Shown: positions 12,213 to 24,847, counted from the whole stretch's first letter. The stretch: DNA of 61,250 nucleotides, filler included, from Squatina squatina (GCA_031763465.1; 3 parts of 3 records of this genome joined end to end with filler, not necessarily neighbours in it); one strand, 5' to 3'. Notes: generated from the sequence alone by a model not told the origin. Numbers and translations: made by a program.

Positions 12213-12570
12213 GACATAGGAATTGCTGGATGAAAAAATGCCAAGGTCCGAGTTCACCTTCTACCATCCTGGTAGTCACATGATACAACAATAATGGAAT
12301 TATTAATTAATTATGGCAATCAATTCCTATTAACTGACCTAGATAAGAGGCAAGGAAAACTCCCAGTGGTGGAAAGCTTCAGGAACCATTGGTCCAAAGT
12401 CATCTGTTCCTCTCAAGCTACACTCACCATATGTCATGTCTCACATTACTCATACTGTATCACAAAATATTATTTTCTGAAAGAAATTGATCTAATTTGC
12501 ATTTGAATGAGTGAATGAATTGGCACTATCTGCTGCCACTGTCTCTCTATGCAGCCTGTTCCATAAATCC
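12213..12570 (-). mobile_element. CR1 LINE 3' end with 3' UTR
   Basis: The minus strand encodes DLWNRLHRETVAADSANSF..FKCKLDQFL (CR1 ORF2 terminus), followed by a UTR ending ..TTCCTATGTCC. Confidence 0.7.
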
Positions 12571-13714
12571 CTCCAGTTAGTGGAGCTCCCACCTGAAGAC
12601 CCTTGGGTTGCACCATTGCATAATTAGAGATTGGGCAGTACAGACAAATTCCTGAATGTAAGAGGTATCAGGTTCATGTACAGGAGTGACCAGTGCCCCT
12701 GAACCTCAGTGAATATCTAAGGCAGTCCTAAAATTTTTAACAGTAACCTGTATTTCGATGTTGTGGAGAAGCTTTGCACATTCCCACCAATAAGTCTCCA
12801 TCACACATTGCAGAAAACAAGAGACTTCACCAAAGCCCGATTTACTGCTCTCATCTCAGGCTACATGAAGAAGATGGTGTATTCTCCAAAGACAGGGCTT
12901 AAAGCTAATCCTGTTTATAGTAGGTAGCACAGCAAGGCAGCTTTTCAAGCAGGATTGTTCAATGCAGTGACAGCCGAACTAGGGTTTTAGATCTCAGATA
13001 TATCTTCATGCAAAAACACACTGACATTTTTGTTTCACTCAACATTGTTAAGGTGGAGCAGGTAAGGTAACATGACTGAGGAATTATTTACAGTACCCAG
13101 ATTCTGGATTGTAAGAGTCACACAGGGACAAGTATTTTATAATGTTAATAACAGCTTAAAAACACTCTACTTTCCCCAGTGCCAATGGAGCTATGAGGTA
13201 CTTTTATGTTAGCCAATTGCCATCAATTTTATACATGGAGTACTCGCAGTCATTGACACTCTAATATAAAGTGATGGTACTCTGGAGATCTGCATTGTTT
13301 TGGGTTTCCTGAGCTGCTGTCAGGTTTTCACTTAATGTAAAAGCACATACGGGTCTCTCCTTTTTGCCACTGACATTTGTGGGTATCTGCCTTTTAACGG
13401 AGCTCAACTAGAATGGAGGCACCAGATAACAAACAGAGGAGATCATCGGGTCAGTTTTAGATCTGGGTGTATACTTAGCGGATGATCAACCCGCTTGCCG
13501 ATGTTACCAATGGGTAGCCCAATCAATTTTGGTGATCGAGCCTCATCAAAATACAATTGGCAAGGTGCCAGCGCTAAATGGCGGCTTGCTAATAAAGTGT
13601 GTCTGGCGGGGTGGNNNNNNNNNNNNNNNNNNNNNNNNNNNNNNNNNNNNNNNNNNNNNNNNNNNNNNNNNNNNNNNNNNNNNNNNNNNNNNNNNNNNNN
13701 NNNNNNNNNNNNNN

Positions 13715-13821
13715 CCAATCGCCCAATCTCTCTTCATACGTCAGTCCTGCCATCCCAGGAATCAGTCTGGTGAACCTTCGCTGCACTTTCACCATAGCAA
13801 GAACATCCTTCCTCAGATAAG
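13715..13821 (-). mobile_element. Young CR1 LINE fragment
   Basis: YLRKDVLAMVKVQRRFTRLIPGMAGLTYEERL, the canonical CR1 ORF2 C-terminal motif. Cut by a gap. Confidence 0.9.
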
Positions 13822-15529
13822 TGCAAGAGATTCCATATGCTGAAATGTTTGAAGGCAAGCATAGAGAGATAGGGACTGGCTGATAATTGGTAAAAGTGGT
13901 GGTCGGTGTAAATGACATGTGGGAAAACATGGGGTTTGGGGGCCTTATAGTATCAAATGGGCCAGTGACAGTTTGGGTCTCATTCTCCTGGTTCTTCATT
14001 TTCCACCTTACTTCCCCTAATACNNNNNNNNNNCCAGCAATCGCCAATGCTCCAAATGTCTTGCGTCAAGTCCTGCTGGTCCTCACAATGTCCATCCTTA
14101 GCCATGTTCCTCTCCATTCCTAGATCCCTCTACCCACTCTGAGTGATCATGAACACCCAGACTGCATTTCTAATGATCTCTCATCCCAGAACTACCCCAA
14201 TGCTACCTGACATAGAGAAGTCCCTCCCCAATGTCCTAGGGTCCTAAGAACACTCTCCTAGTGCTCCCAGATCCCAAGACTGTCCCCAATATTGATAAAC
14301 CAGTGTCATTGACATTACTTGATTTAACACCCCTGTTCTTATAGAATCTCTGACTCACTGTGAGCAACACCATGGTAGATCTTCTAATTATATCAATAAA
14401 GGTCTTGTTTTTCACACGTGCCATTATACACTTCTTGCAACACTGTTCAGTCACAAGTAGCGATAGTCAAATTTATTCTCAATGCCAGCCTTGACTTTCA
14501 CTTTTTCAGTAGCTGCGGAAGATCATGAACATGTAAGTTAAAACAATTTAAACGCTCCAAGCTAGATGGAAAGTTTAAACTTTTTAAACAATGATTCTTC
14601 CAATTAGGAAAATTGACACTTTCTATTTGAGATCTTCTGATGGGCATGCTTAGTGCATCGGCAGGTGGTGTCTTTACTCACTATGCCACAAGGGATGCTA
14701 TTAAACTAAAGATGAACAGATTTTACATTCTGGCGCATGCTGTGATTTTGATATTCCAGTTACATCAACAATCTTTTGTAACAGATTCTGTATTACAGAA
14801 TCTAATGCACATACTCTTCTGCTTCACTGGNNNNNNNNNNNNNNNNNNNNNNNNNNNNNNNNNNNNNNNNNNNNNNNNNNNNNNNNNNNNNNNNNNNNNN
14901 NNNNNNNNNNNNNNNNNNNNNNNNNNNNNNACCATTGCTAATTATTCATACTGGTTCCAGTTTACAAGGGGTCTTAATAAAACTGAGACAACCTTGCAGT
15001 ACTCCCCTTTCAAACCCAGCCCGCAAAAACAAGATGAACACCCACGAAAACTCAAGCGCTTACAATGTATATGTATATTTATTTAATAAACAAACATACA
15101 AGACAACCTGATTGAAAATACCATACAATATCGCCTCAGTAGACATGTATCTTTTGAAGCCTAAAAAGTCTTATCTCTGCTTACCAGAGTCTGTTGATAA
15201 TTGCAGGAAAATGAATTGCCTAATTTCTGGCATGCACTGTGCAATTTATTTCTACACGATAACTTAATCCTTTGAACACAAAAGGGCTTTGCTTATTTGC
15301 CGAGAAGCAAAGAAAATATATTTTCTTCAAATTATGTTATGAAAAACATATCTCTGTTTCTAGTCCAGAACGTTGAAGAAACTTAAAAAGAATCTTAGCC
15401 TTCCCTTTGGCACCGCGTCTCTAGATTTGAAACATATGTAACCTATAGGGAATTCGGAAATACAAATCCTGTATGAAAATCTAAGCTGACACAAACTTTG
15501 TTTATGCCATTATTTTTAATTATCAAAAC

Positions 15530-16459
15530 ATACCTGAGAACAATAGACCACTGAATTTAACATCAGTTGTAGAGAAATAGTTTAGCGAGATCTAATGGGC
15601 AAATACTTGGAAAAATACACCTCGTTAAAGAATAGAAATACAGGCAAAGAAGCTAAATTTAATGAGCCGGATTTTTTTGCAAAGTTTACAGACAAGGTTG
15701 ACAGTGAAAAGCAATTGATACTTTATATCTGAGTTTTCAGAAAGTTTTCACAAGCTTCCACATCAATGATTAATGACTACGATGAGGATTCATGAAATAG
15801 GAAGGAAAGTATGGATAAGTAACCGGCTTATAAAACCGTAAAGAGAGAGTAGCATAAAAGGAAACTTTTCAACTGAAAACACTCCAGGGATCAGTCATGA
15901 AAGCCTTGTATTTTTATATATTTACAACTTAAATAAGGGTTTCATAAGCACGATCTCCAAGTTTGCTTATGATATAAAAATAGGAGGTATATACTGAGCG
16001 ACAATACAACCAGATTCATAAGGATTTAGCTTACAGATAAATTGGCCAATAGATAGCAGATCCAGTTCAGTGTGATCATTTTGTAAAAGAATGAAACAAG
16101 ATACTATTTATTAAGCAGAACAGTGATACAGCATGCTGTTGGGAAGAAATCTTATAGTAAGTACATTTATGAAACAGACTACACAGTGCTTACCCACAAT
16201 AAAAAACAAACAAGGTATTGGGTTAAATTAGCAGATGGACAGAGACCAAGTAAAAGGTTAGATTGTTGTATTTTATAGAATTTCTCAGTGTATCTGGAGT
16301 ATTATGTGCAGTTTGGTCACTAATTAAACAAAGAATAAAAGGTTATTATGACCCATGAGAGAACACAGAACAACCAATAAACATAGTTTCAGGCATCAGG
16401 AATTCATGTAATGGGGGAATGTTAGGAAGCTGCATTTGATTTCCCTAGAAAAGAGAAGA
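15530..16459 (+). mobile_element. Degenerate CR1 LINE ORF2 (reverse transcriptase)
   Basis: Motifs appear in the expected order, with stops and frameshifts: PENNRPLNLTSVVEK, LYLSFQK.., PQGSV-like, ISKFAYDIKIGG (FADD equivalent), LEYYVQF, LISLEKRR. Confidence 0.88.
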
Positions 16460-16866
16460 NNNNNNNNNNNNNNNNNNNNNNNNNNNNNNNNNNNNNNNNN
16501 NNNNNNNNNNNNNNNNNNNNNNNNNNNNNNNNNNNNNNNNNNNNNNNNNNNNNNNNNNNTGTCATCTTATTGGAAAGTCAACTATTATTCAATAGTTGGA
16601 GTTAGAACTAACGGTAGCTTTGACAACTCATTCACTGCCAGACACATCATGCCCTACGACAATTATCCTCTGATACTGTGAATGTGAAACTTACGCATGT
16701 ATGTGCTAGAGTTGACACTGTAATAGGAGTCATAGGTTTGCAAGGTTTATTTCCAACATGTAAAGAAACAGATACTGTCAGTCCATTGAAATACTCTGTT
16801 TCCCTAAATTTTCACATATTGATGTTTTTCTCATGCTGAATGTTTTGTACTTTACTTTTTATTTAG

Positions 16867-16972
16867 ACTTGCGAACAAGCAAGATAAAGCTGAGGCACTA
16901 CCAGAGTTTGACATTATTGAGCAGATGTCACTGGGGAAACTGGCCAATGAAAATAAATCCATCTGCCACATT
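16867..16972 (+). CDS. ARL13A: ARL13-family small GTPase exon with the G4 NKQD motif; probably ARL13A
   Basis: 106-bp exon between acceptor tttactttttatttag| and donor |gtaagt, phase 2 to 0. It encodes [35 protein letters not shown] (compare recalled ARL13B [35 protein letters not shown]). The family call is strong; the A-versus-B call rests on linkage to DRP2 and the ENKSICHI ending. Not in the ORF track. Confidence 0.8.
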
Positions 16973-19900
16973 GTAAGTTTCATAAAGTTTCTGTATTGCT
17001 GAGATACCACTCACTTTACTATCACCTTGCAACTTCTACTAATGTCTTCTCCAAAAATGTTAGAGTAGAATTTCCTTTGGATTACCCATTGGGTGCCCCT
17101 CAGTCACAGCATTACTGAGGTGGACTGCATTGATCAAAGAAGGGGGAGAACTTAAATTTGCAGATCTGGGCCTTTTGTGTGGCCAGGCATGTTCCTAGGG
17201 CAGGTNNNNNNNNNNNNNNNNNNNNNNNNNNNNNNNNNNNNNNNNNNNNNNNNNNNNNNNNNNNNNNNNNNNNNNNNNNNNNNNNNNNNNNNNNNNNNNN
17301 NNNNNAGTGTACCTGAAGGGGAGATTTTTCCTATTCTGGGCCATTAGTATGGCTTTGACACATTGCTGCCTCTTGGCAAGCCAGGAAACAGGAGTGCAGC
17401 TGCTGACCTGAGAGGCCATAAGCATTGGTACATTTTGGCTGCCCCAAGGCCCCTATGGACCATCCAGTCTTCGGGGGTTCTGGCGCCAGCCCTAACATCT
17501 GGCACCTGTCCATTGGGGTGTCTAATGGACCCATGAAGTGTAAAGTGTGGCACTAGGTTAGGAATGCCCCCTTCAGCCTCATTAGCATCATAATATTGCG
17601 CCTGCACCTACTTCTAGTGCGGGTCCCCTGACATAATTTTAGCGAGTCCCAGGATATCCCAACCCAGTGGGGACAGAGACCTGATGTAACGGATCTCTGC
17701 CACTTTCTCCTGAGCATTCGCCAGGAACAATGGATAGGAAAATATACACTTTCTTCTCTGTTTGGGGAATTCTGGGCACAAGCACATCAACGTGCTGAGC
17801 TACTTTGTTGGTGGAGCTGTTGCTGAGCACAGTCATTTTCGTTTGACAATAAAGTAATGTTAGGAGACACAGCCTTTACATTCAAACACCATGTGGGGTA
17901 CAGTCAGGCAAAAAGATATGGACAATAATAGAGGAATCAGCAATTTAATCAATCAGTTCAATAATGCTGTGACTGGGCAGTACACTTGCTGTAGCTCATT
18001 GATGCTCTGCTAACTGAACAGAATGCAGTTTGTACAGGAGGGTTATATCTGATGTATTTGGTGGCTATTTCTGCTGCTGTGGTGGACTTTCCTTCCCTGT
18101 TTCCAGGTGCTAGGCCATGCTAAGACATTGTCCTACAGGATCATATGAATGGCCTAAACCTACCAGTCCAGGCGGGTTCAGGTCTGGTCGGATATAGGCG
18201 CCACAGGGAATTCAGCCTTACAGTGTGTTATCATATGACATGGGCACTGTTATAATTAGTAACTCGGTGTGCTGTTTTATATTTTTACACTCACCCAAAA
18301 ACGTTTCATAGCATCTCACCAGAGAACCACTCCATATTACCCACATCATTTTAGTTCCCATTTAAGATTACAAATGGCATCTAACTCTTATTATCTTTAT
18401 TGCACAAAATATGGTATCAACCAAATACATGTTCAAGAATCATGGGTTTCTGTTGTCCATTTATCAGGTTAGTCAATGTATCTCATCATCTTATATCCTC
18501 TATACACATTACAAAACTGGAAATGCAAAAAGTAACAAACCACTAATAATAAAAAACCTCAAGGTTACTGTAAACTTCATAAGTTGTGCTGAAATAAGGA
18601 CCTCTTCCAATGTCAATATAATAAATCTTTCATTTTAAAATGACACTTCAGAAAGCCCAATGCAGTTAGCACAGTACAAATCCAATCTCCGAGACAGAAG
18701 AAAAATTCTCAGCAAATACCATGAAATGAATTATTTACATTGTACATACCTACATTTACATTAACTTGATTTACTGGCTCAACAACTTGTAGACATGACA
18801 ATTCATGATTTGCTTGCTTACTTTCCCTGTAACCCTACTCACTCGGATTGGATTTGGTTCACATTCTTCTCATTATAGCCATGTGCCAGAGGGACAAAAC
18901 TGGTATCCTTGCAAAGACCGCAGCCAAGTTTTAAATATACAGGATGTTCTGGCGGCATCTGTGCTTGAAGGCACTAGGCTGTGAAGGAGGACATCTCATG
19001 TGTTTTTCATCTGTTGTGTCATCTGGGAGAAAGACGCTCAGGGAGACCAGGGAGAGGAGTGCCACCTCAGGCCATTCTTGTTAATAGTTTGTTTCAGCAA
19101 GGCATTGACAGAGTCTGAGGAAACAGCTATCCACCATACCAGTGAAAGATGCATAGGGCTGAGGAACTGTAAGGCAAAATTTAAAACAAAATTATGAAGA
19201 TAAAGAACAGGAAGTCATTTTTACAGACAAAAGCTACAACTTATCACACAGNNNNNNNNNNNNNNNNNNNNNNNNNNNNNNNNNNNNNNNNNNNNNNNNN
19301 NNNNNNNNNNNNNNNNNNNNNNNNNNNNNNNNNNNNNNNNNNNNNNNNNNNCCATCTGTGCTGCAGCGGATTGCGGAGGCTGAGCTCTGTACTGACCGTA
19401 AGGGACCCTAAGGATTTAGTTACTCCGATCCTCCTATTGTTCGGAGCAGCTGGTATTGGACTCCGTCAACGCTTGGCCTTTGGCAAAAAGGGGCCAATTT
19501 GCAGGTCATGCGTCTAACAGGTTGGGAGCTGGTCCACCCAGACAAGGAGAGGCTCTGCAGAGTTCCAGGCAATGTGTGCAGTTGCTGGTGTTGGTAGTGT
19601 TACTAGCGGCTGCCAAATTAGATTTGATATCTTAAAGCACCCGAACATTTAACTTTATAACTTTTTGGGAGGGATCACATTATAATGGTGGGTGTGTACA
19701 ATTTGTGTTGTAAAAAATTTTTTTGAAAACCAGTCCTTTTCTTTATAAAGGTATAAAGGTTCCTGCTTGCCATTTGTCCTCTATTTAAAGTACAGTTACA
19801 GGTGTGGATGTGGATTATCACAATAAATGAGAACTTATATAGACGTTATAAATCAGAATACTTATAGTTTAATAGCGTCAGCTAATTCAAAGTCCATCCA

Positions 19901-20221
19901 CACAAATCCCATAACTTACTCTTTGAGCTCCATCAGGGACTCATAACAAATTTATAACAAAGGAGGTTTGTTTATACTGTCACTGAGTTATGTGTCAGGG
20001 ATCCAAGAGAACATCAGAGAGGGGGATGCATTGTAAACTAAATTAGGCCCTGAAAGCTGAGGTTTGTGGGGAATTATTTGATGATGAGATCTAATTATTA
20101 TGAGGTTGTCTGCCAGTGTTTGAAAAGCCAGGGTAAACAACAATGTGTGCTTTGTCGCAATTTGGACTTAAGATCATTGTCAAATTTCAGGATTTGATCT
20201 CTTTTAAAACATCTGGTTTAG

Positions 20222-20335
20222 ATTCTGAAAAGAAAAACAAAAGGAAGAAATTGAAGAAGAAAAGCAAAAATAAAATCAATTCAGCTGAATCCGAAGATGA
20301 TTTTTCCAGAACTGTGGACTTAACTGCACCTCTGG
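20222..20335 (+). CDS. ARL13A: Lysine-rich symmetric exon, probable ARL13A C-terminal region
   Basis: 114-bp phase 1-1 exon between ..catctggtttag| and |gtaagg, encoding (D)SEKKNKRKKLKKKSKNKINSAESEDDFSRTVDLTAPL(G). Same strand as and downstream of the NKQD exon; resembles the basic KKKTKKLRMKRNHRVEP exon of ARL13B. An alternative acceptor at 20191 is possible. Confidence 0.6.
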
Positions 20336-20394
20336 GTAAGGATGCTGCACTTGCTCAACACTCCAGCAGTTTTGATTCAAATGGCTGATATATA

Positions 20395-20480
20395 CATAGA
20401 ATGGCATAGAATTACAAAAAATATACAGCACAGAAACAGGTCCTTCGGCCTGGCCAGTCCATGCCGACCGTTATGTATTT
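20395..20480 (-). mobile_element. CR1/SINE-type 3' tail
   Basis: CATAGAAT repeats plus ACAGCACAGAAACAGGTCCTTCGGCC, the reverse complement of the GGCCGAATGGCCTGTTTCTGTGCTGT tail also seen at 47906-47932. Confidence 0.75.
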
Positions 20481-22297
20481 NNNNNNNNNNNNNNNNNNNN
20501 NNNNNNNNNNNNNNNNNNNNNNNNNNNNNNNNNNNNNNNNNNNNNNNNNNNNNNNNNNNNNNNNNNNNNNNNNNNNNNNNAAGGGCAGTCACTCTCCTCA
20601 CCTCATGGCATTCAGCATTCTGTGCTGTATAATTTTATGAATTTGTGGTAGGAGTTAGAGTATATGTGTGCTGGATAGAAGCTAATTGGAACCTATGGCT
20701 TTCCTTTAATTTATGGACCAACAGTGGGTCATTGCATCCATAATACAACATATTCATTATCTTATTTAAAAAGATGTGATTAGCTTGAAAAATTCACTCG
20801 TATGCTCAGGAAAACATTTAAAATGCTTATTTAGTTTAAAAGCTAATTATTACATACATCTTTTGTTTAGACACTGATGAAAACTGTACATTATCAGCAG
20901 TCAAAGTGTACATATGCATGTTTTAATATGTACTTTTATGCTATGTGGCAGATCTGGAAATAAGAAATCTATTGCATTTCTGTCTGTTTACTGCTAACTA
21001 GATATTTGGGTGCCCACTGTTGCTGGACTTAGGCAATGTGTGACACCATTTGAAACCATTCATTTTGCAAAGATTTCACTTTCATTATTAATAATTAAAA
21101 CACTATGTAAGAGGCGAATGTTTGGATGCGCAATTGCATAATTATCATTTTCATTTATATTTTGATCATATACATTGCCATCCTTCAGGTACTCAACAAC
21201 CATACGAACAAAATCTTTTACCACAAACTTCCCCTTATCNNNNNNNNNNNNNNNNNNNNNNNNNNNNNNNNNNNNNNNNNNNNNNNNNNNNNNNNNNNNN
21301 NNNNNNNNNNNNNNNNNNNNNNNNNNNNNNNNNNNNNNNGGGTGACATCCTAGTGATTGTTCCTTTCTGAGGAAGCAGCAAGGCATCTTCCCCCGGATGG
21401 CATGACTGAGATTGGGAATTCACCATGTAGGAATCGTGGGTGCAGAACCATGTCCTACCAAATTGATACTGCACGCCATCAACTGATTTCCATGATTTTA
21501 ATTGTAATGGTAGTTCTTAGCAATATAAGCTGTTTTGGCCTTGCTGTAGATTGTACAGATCATGCAACATATTGTACATATGATATCTATAAACAGGGCT
21601 GTAAATATGGTAAAGTGTATAATGCTGGCATACAATAGTCACTGCATTGACATTTACAGGTCAGACAACAGAACTGAATATAGAAAATAATATTCTGAAC
21701 AGGTATATTTCCTTATGCAGAATTCATATGTGGAATATTCTATTTAGTTAATTAGAAACAATGGCTTTTAAACATGGGCAAATGTATGAGAAATACGTTA
21801 AGTGAATATTTTCCAATATTATAGTATTTTAATATTTTTGTTGGGATGGCGACTACTTCATACGTCTTTGATTAGTTATCTTGTGTCTATAAAATGTGCT
21901 GGGGAGACTTTAGACAGCTGTAGGTCAACTAAAGCCACCTTGTAAATCATTGCTTATCAATTATCAACTCAGATTGCTGTTAAATGTTTCACAATGTGAG
22001 TTACTATTAGGGTAAAACCCAAATTGACTGTTTAGCTAATCTATGGAATTTACTAAGTAACATGTTGCAGATGTATTGCCCTACTTGGCATTGATTTTTC
22101 AAATCCAGGGGCTTTTTTTTTTGTCCTAATAACCCAGATGTTAATTTTCCCTACATTTTAATACAAGTAATCTTAAATGGCAATAAAATTATATATTTTG
22201 AAAAAATGTTATTCAGGTAGTGGGTCATAATTAGTATCAATTTGAAAAAAATCACAGTAAAAAGGGTACAATTTCCATTAATATTCTCTAGGCTTCC

Positions 22298-22331
22298 GAT
22301 TGATTGATTTATTTATTTATTTATTTATTTG
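22298..22331 (+). repeat. (GATT)n(TATT)n microsatellite
   Basis: Seen directly in the sequence. Confidence 0.85.
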
Positions 22332-22883
22332 AATATTTATGTGCAGTTAGTGTTGATGACAACATTGAAGGAGTTGCTGAGCCTAGCAGTATTAGAGAGT
22401 TGAACTAATGTATGGAGTTTGAATGACAAAATTCACTGAAATGCCACATGCTGTACGGATAATTCAGTTTCCTTACATATTCAGGCTCAGAAAGCCAGCT
22501 CCTTTGATAGTGTTGTTTATTCTTTGTCAGCTGCTGGTACTGGAGCCTTAATTTCATATCCTTTTGTTTTCGTAGCCAAGCTATTAAAGAATACTAAAAT
22601 GCTTCTAAGTTTTGGCAATGTGCATAACCATAACTGAGGAAGCACGATCAGAGTCAAGAAAATTAAATTTGAGCCAGCAAAATGGATTTAGTTGAAATCG
22701 TTTTGAGGTTGTTGGGAGTTGGGGAAGAGGAGGAATTGGCATGAGAGGCCTGGTCTCAAATATTTTCATGGTCGAAATTTATTGTACCTCAAAATGGGTA
22801 GTAGACCCAAGAACTTGTAGAAGACACATTAAGCTTGAGATTTCTGATGTGCTATAACTGTTTTTATATACTGTTTTATGCAG

Positions 22884-23042
22884 TAGATGATGTCGGAGAG
22901 AAGCTGGACCAGATGGGGAATGCACCAATAAAAATAAACACTGATATTGAGCAAGATGATTCTTCTAAAGAAGATGGGTTTGGAGCTGAGGTCATAAAAG
23001 TGTATATTTTTAAAGCTGATCCAGAAGATGATGTGGAAATAG
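22884..23042 (+). CDS. ZNF711: Zinc finger protein 711 (ZFX/ZFY family), acidic activation-domain exon
   Basis: 159-bp phase 1-1 exon between ctgttttatgcag| and |gtaaat, encoding (L)[52 protein letters not shown](G). [10 protein letters not shown] marks the ZFX family; DDVGEKL and KEDGFG are ZNF711-type. Confidence 0.92.
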
Positions 23043-23736
23043 GTAAATATTATCATTTATTAGTATGTGTAATTTGTAACATTTTAAAAAATACACCTGT
23101 TTATTCCCTGTNNNNNNNNNNNNNNNNNNNNNNNNNNNNNNNNNNNNNNNNNNNNNNNNNNNNNNNNNNNNNNNNNNNNNNNNNNNNNNNNNNNNNNNNN
23201 NNNNNNNNNNNTATAGCTTACAATCGATCCAGACTGCAGTGTTTTCCTCTGCATCTCTATCAGGTTACTTATTGAAGTAATATTATACTAGGGACGTTAT
23301 AGCATGTCAGGTGCAAGATTTATAGATTCTGTTTATTGGAGCATCTATAACATTTAAATGACATTGAAGGAAATGCTTAACACAACATTAAAATAAACTT
23401 TATTGGCAGGAGATGAACGATGTTCAGATCTAATTAATGCCATTAAAATTAAACCAATGTTATTCTGAGTCTTTATTATTTTACTTATGGTTGCTTGACG
23501 AGCAGCATGTTCAAAAGAACTGTGCCTTTTTTGAAATGTGTAGTACTTTAGATCTATTCAAATGAAAATTGAGTGTCTACCCCCAGAGGAGGTTTGTGCA
23601 AACTAGAACCTCGGGGGAACTAAATTGTGCAACTTACAACTGAAGAATGGTTACTGAACATTTTGGCTATTGTACCTGAGAGTAAAGAAACTTCATTGAA
23701 TTTTTCATTAATTTCTGAATATTTTCTTATTTGAAG

Positions 23737-23880
23737 GTGAAACTGAAGTTATTGCAGAGAATGATTATCAGAATGGTCATACTATAACCGGAGTGCTTGA
23801 TCAAGGGAATGTTGGTAGAATGACTCGGGAAAAGATGGTTTACATGGCAGTCAAAGATCCATCTCCGGAAGATGACATTA
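23737..23880 (+). CDS. ZNF711: ZNF711, next coding exon
   Basis: 144-bp phase 1-1 exon between ttttcttatttgaag| and |gtaaga, encoding (G)[58 protein letters not shown] is the ZNF711 motif, and the phase is compatible with the previous exon. Not in the ORF track. Confidence 0.92.
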
Positions 23881-24293
23881 GTAAGAAATTCTATGTACGG
23901 TTTCTTTTTTAGTGTTCATTGAAAGGAGAGCTATAACTTATTTAAAAATAGAACTAGTGAATTGCAATGCTGTGACCCATCTCTGGGTTCAGAAGTTCGA
24001 AACTGCTTGAGAGTCACTTTCTAGGTTTACATCACGAGCCTCACAGTTGCATCCTACAACCTTGAATATACAGGAATTTCTACATAAGGGAGGTTTTTGT
24101 CTCTTTAATTATTTTCTTCTTCTTCTCCTGAAAGTGCTCACTCAATGCTGGATATCGGACAATGTGCTGCTCGTTGGCTGCACGCATCACGAGTGGCTAG
24201 CGCAACTTAAAGGCAGCCTGCACCTCTTAAAGAGATGCATTGTGGCTGTTAGAAGTGATGGGAGTCATTTGAAAACTGATTCTGTGCTGTGAT

Positions 24294-24448
24294 CAATGTT
24301 CCCTTTAAGCTGCACGGCTGCACAGCACTCTGCAGGTCCTCGGCAGCTGGTTAGCTGGCTTTGAAATAGAAAAAAACACGCATACATGGAATTTATGCAG
24401 CCCCGTTAAAGGAGGCATGTGGCCCAATAAATTTGACAGGGAACATTG
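24294..24448. mobile_element. 155-bp MITE with 11-bp terminal inverted repeats (hAT-like ends)
   Basis: CAATGTTCCCT at 24294 and AGGGAACATTG ending at 24448. No clear target-site duplication, so the superfamily is uncertain. Confidence 0.7.
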
Positions 24449-24747
24449 TCGGAGGGTGTTCGCTCACGGTGGGTAAACTGCCTCACCATTATTGTTACAC
24501 AAAATCCAAGTCATTGTGCTAGGACTGCTGCTCATGTGGAAAATAAACACAGACTGCTCGGGCTGAACAGCCTGTTTCCGTGTTGTAATTTCTATTTAAT
24601 TCTGCTAAAAATCCAACCTCGGCTCCTGAACAGTGTTCTTATTTTATTGATACCTCTCCTCCCATAGAACAACAGGATTTGCTTGAAGGGATTTTCTTCC
24701 TATTTCCCTTGTACATACATCTGCCAAACAAATGGAGGAGGGAACCA

Positions 24748-24847
24748 NNNNNNNNNNNNNNNNNNNNNNNNNNNNNNNNNNNNNNNNNNNNTTAATTAAT
24801 TAANNNNNNNNNNNNNNNNNNNNNNNNNNNNNNNNNNNNNNNNNNNN
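24748..24847. other. Artificial assembly spacer: 44 N + TTAATTAATTAA + 44 N
   Basis: An identical construction lies at 45511-45610. The 12-mer has stop codons in all six frames. Confidence 0.95.

Noticed and set aside
18843-18978. Minus-strand exon-like segment (tccttcacag| ... |gtgagt) with MPPEHPVYLKLGCGLCKDTSF...
   Set aside because: No recognisable homology, and it lies antisense between the ARL13 exons. Splice-like pairs of this strength can arise by chance.
20191-20388. Reading the lysine-rich ORF as a terminal exon ending at the TGA at 20388
   Set aside because: An internal G|gtaag donor at 20335 gives a symmetric phase 1-1 exon that fits ARL13 architecture better.
22835-23042. Calling the exon ZFX/ZFY
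   Set aside because: DDVGEKL, KEDGFG and MVYMAVKD match my recollection of ZNF711 rather than ZFX.
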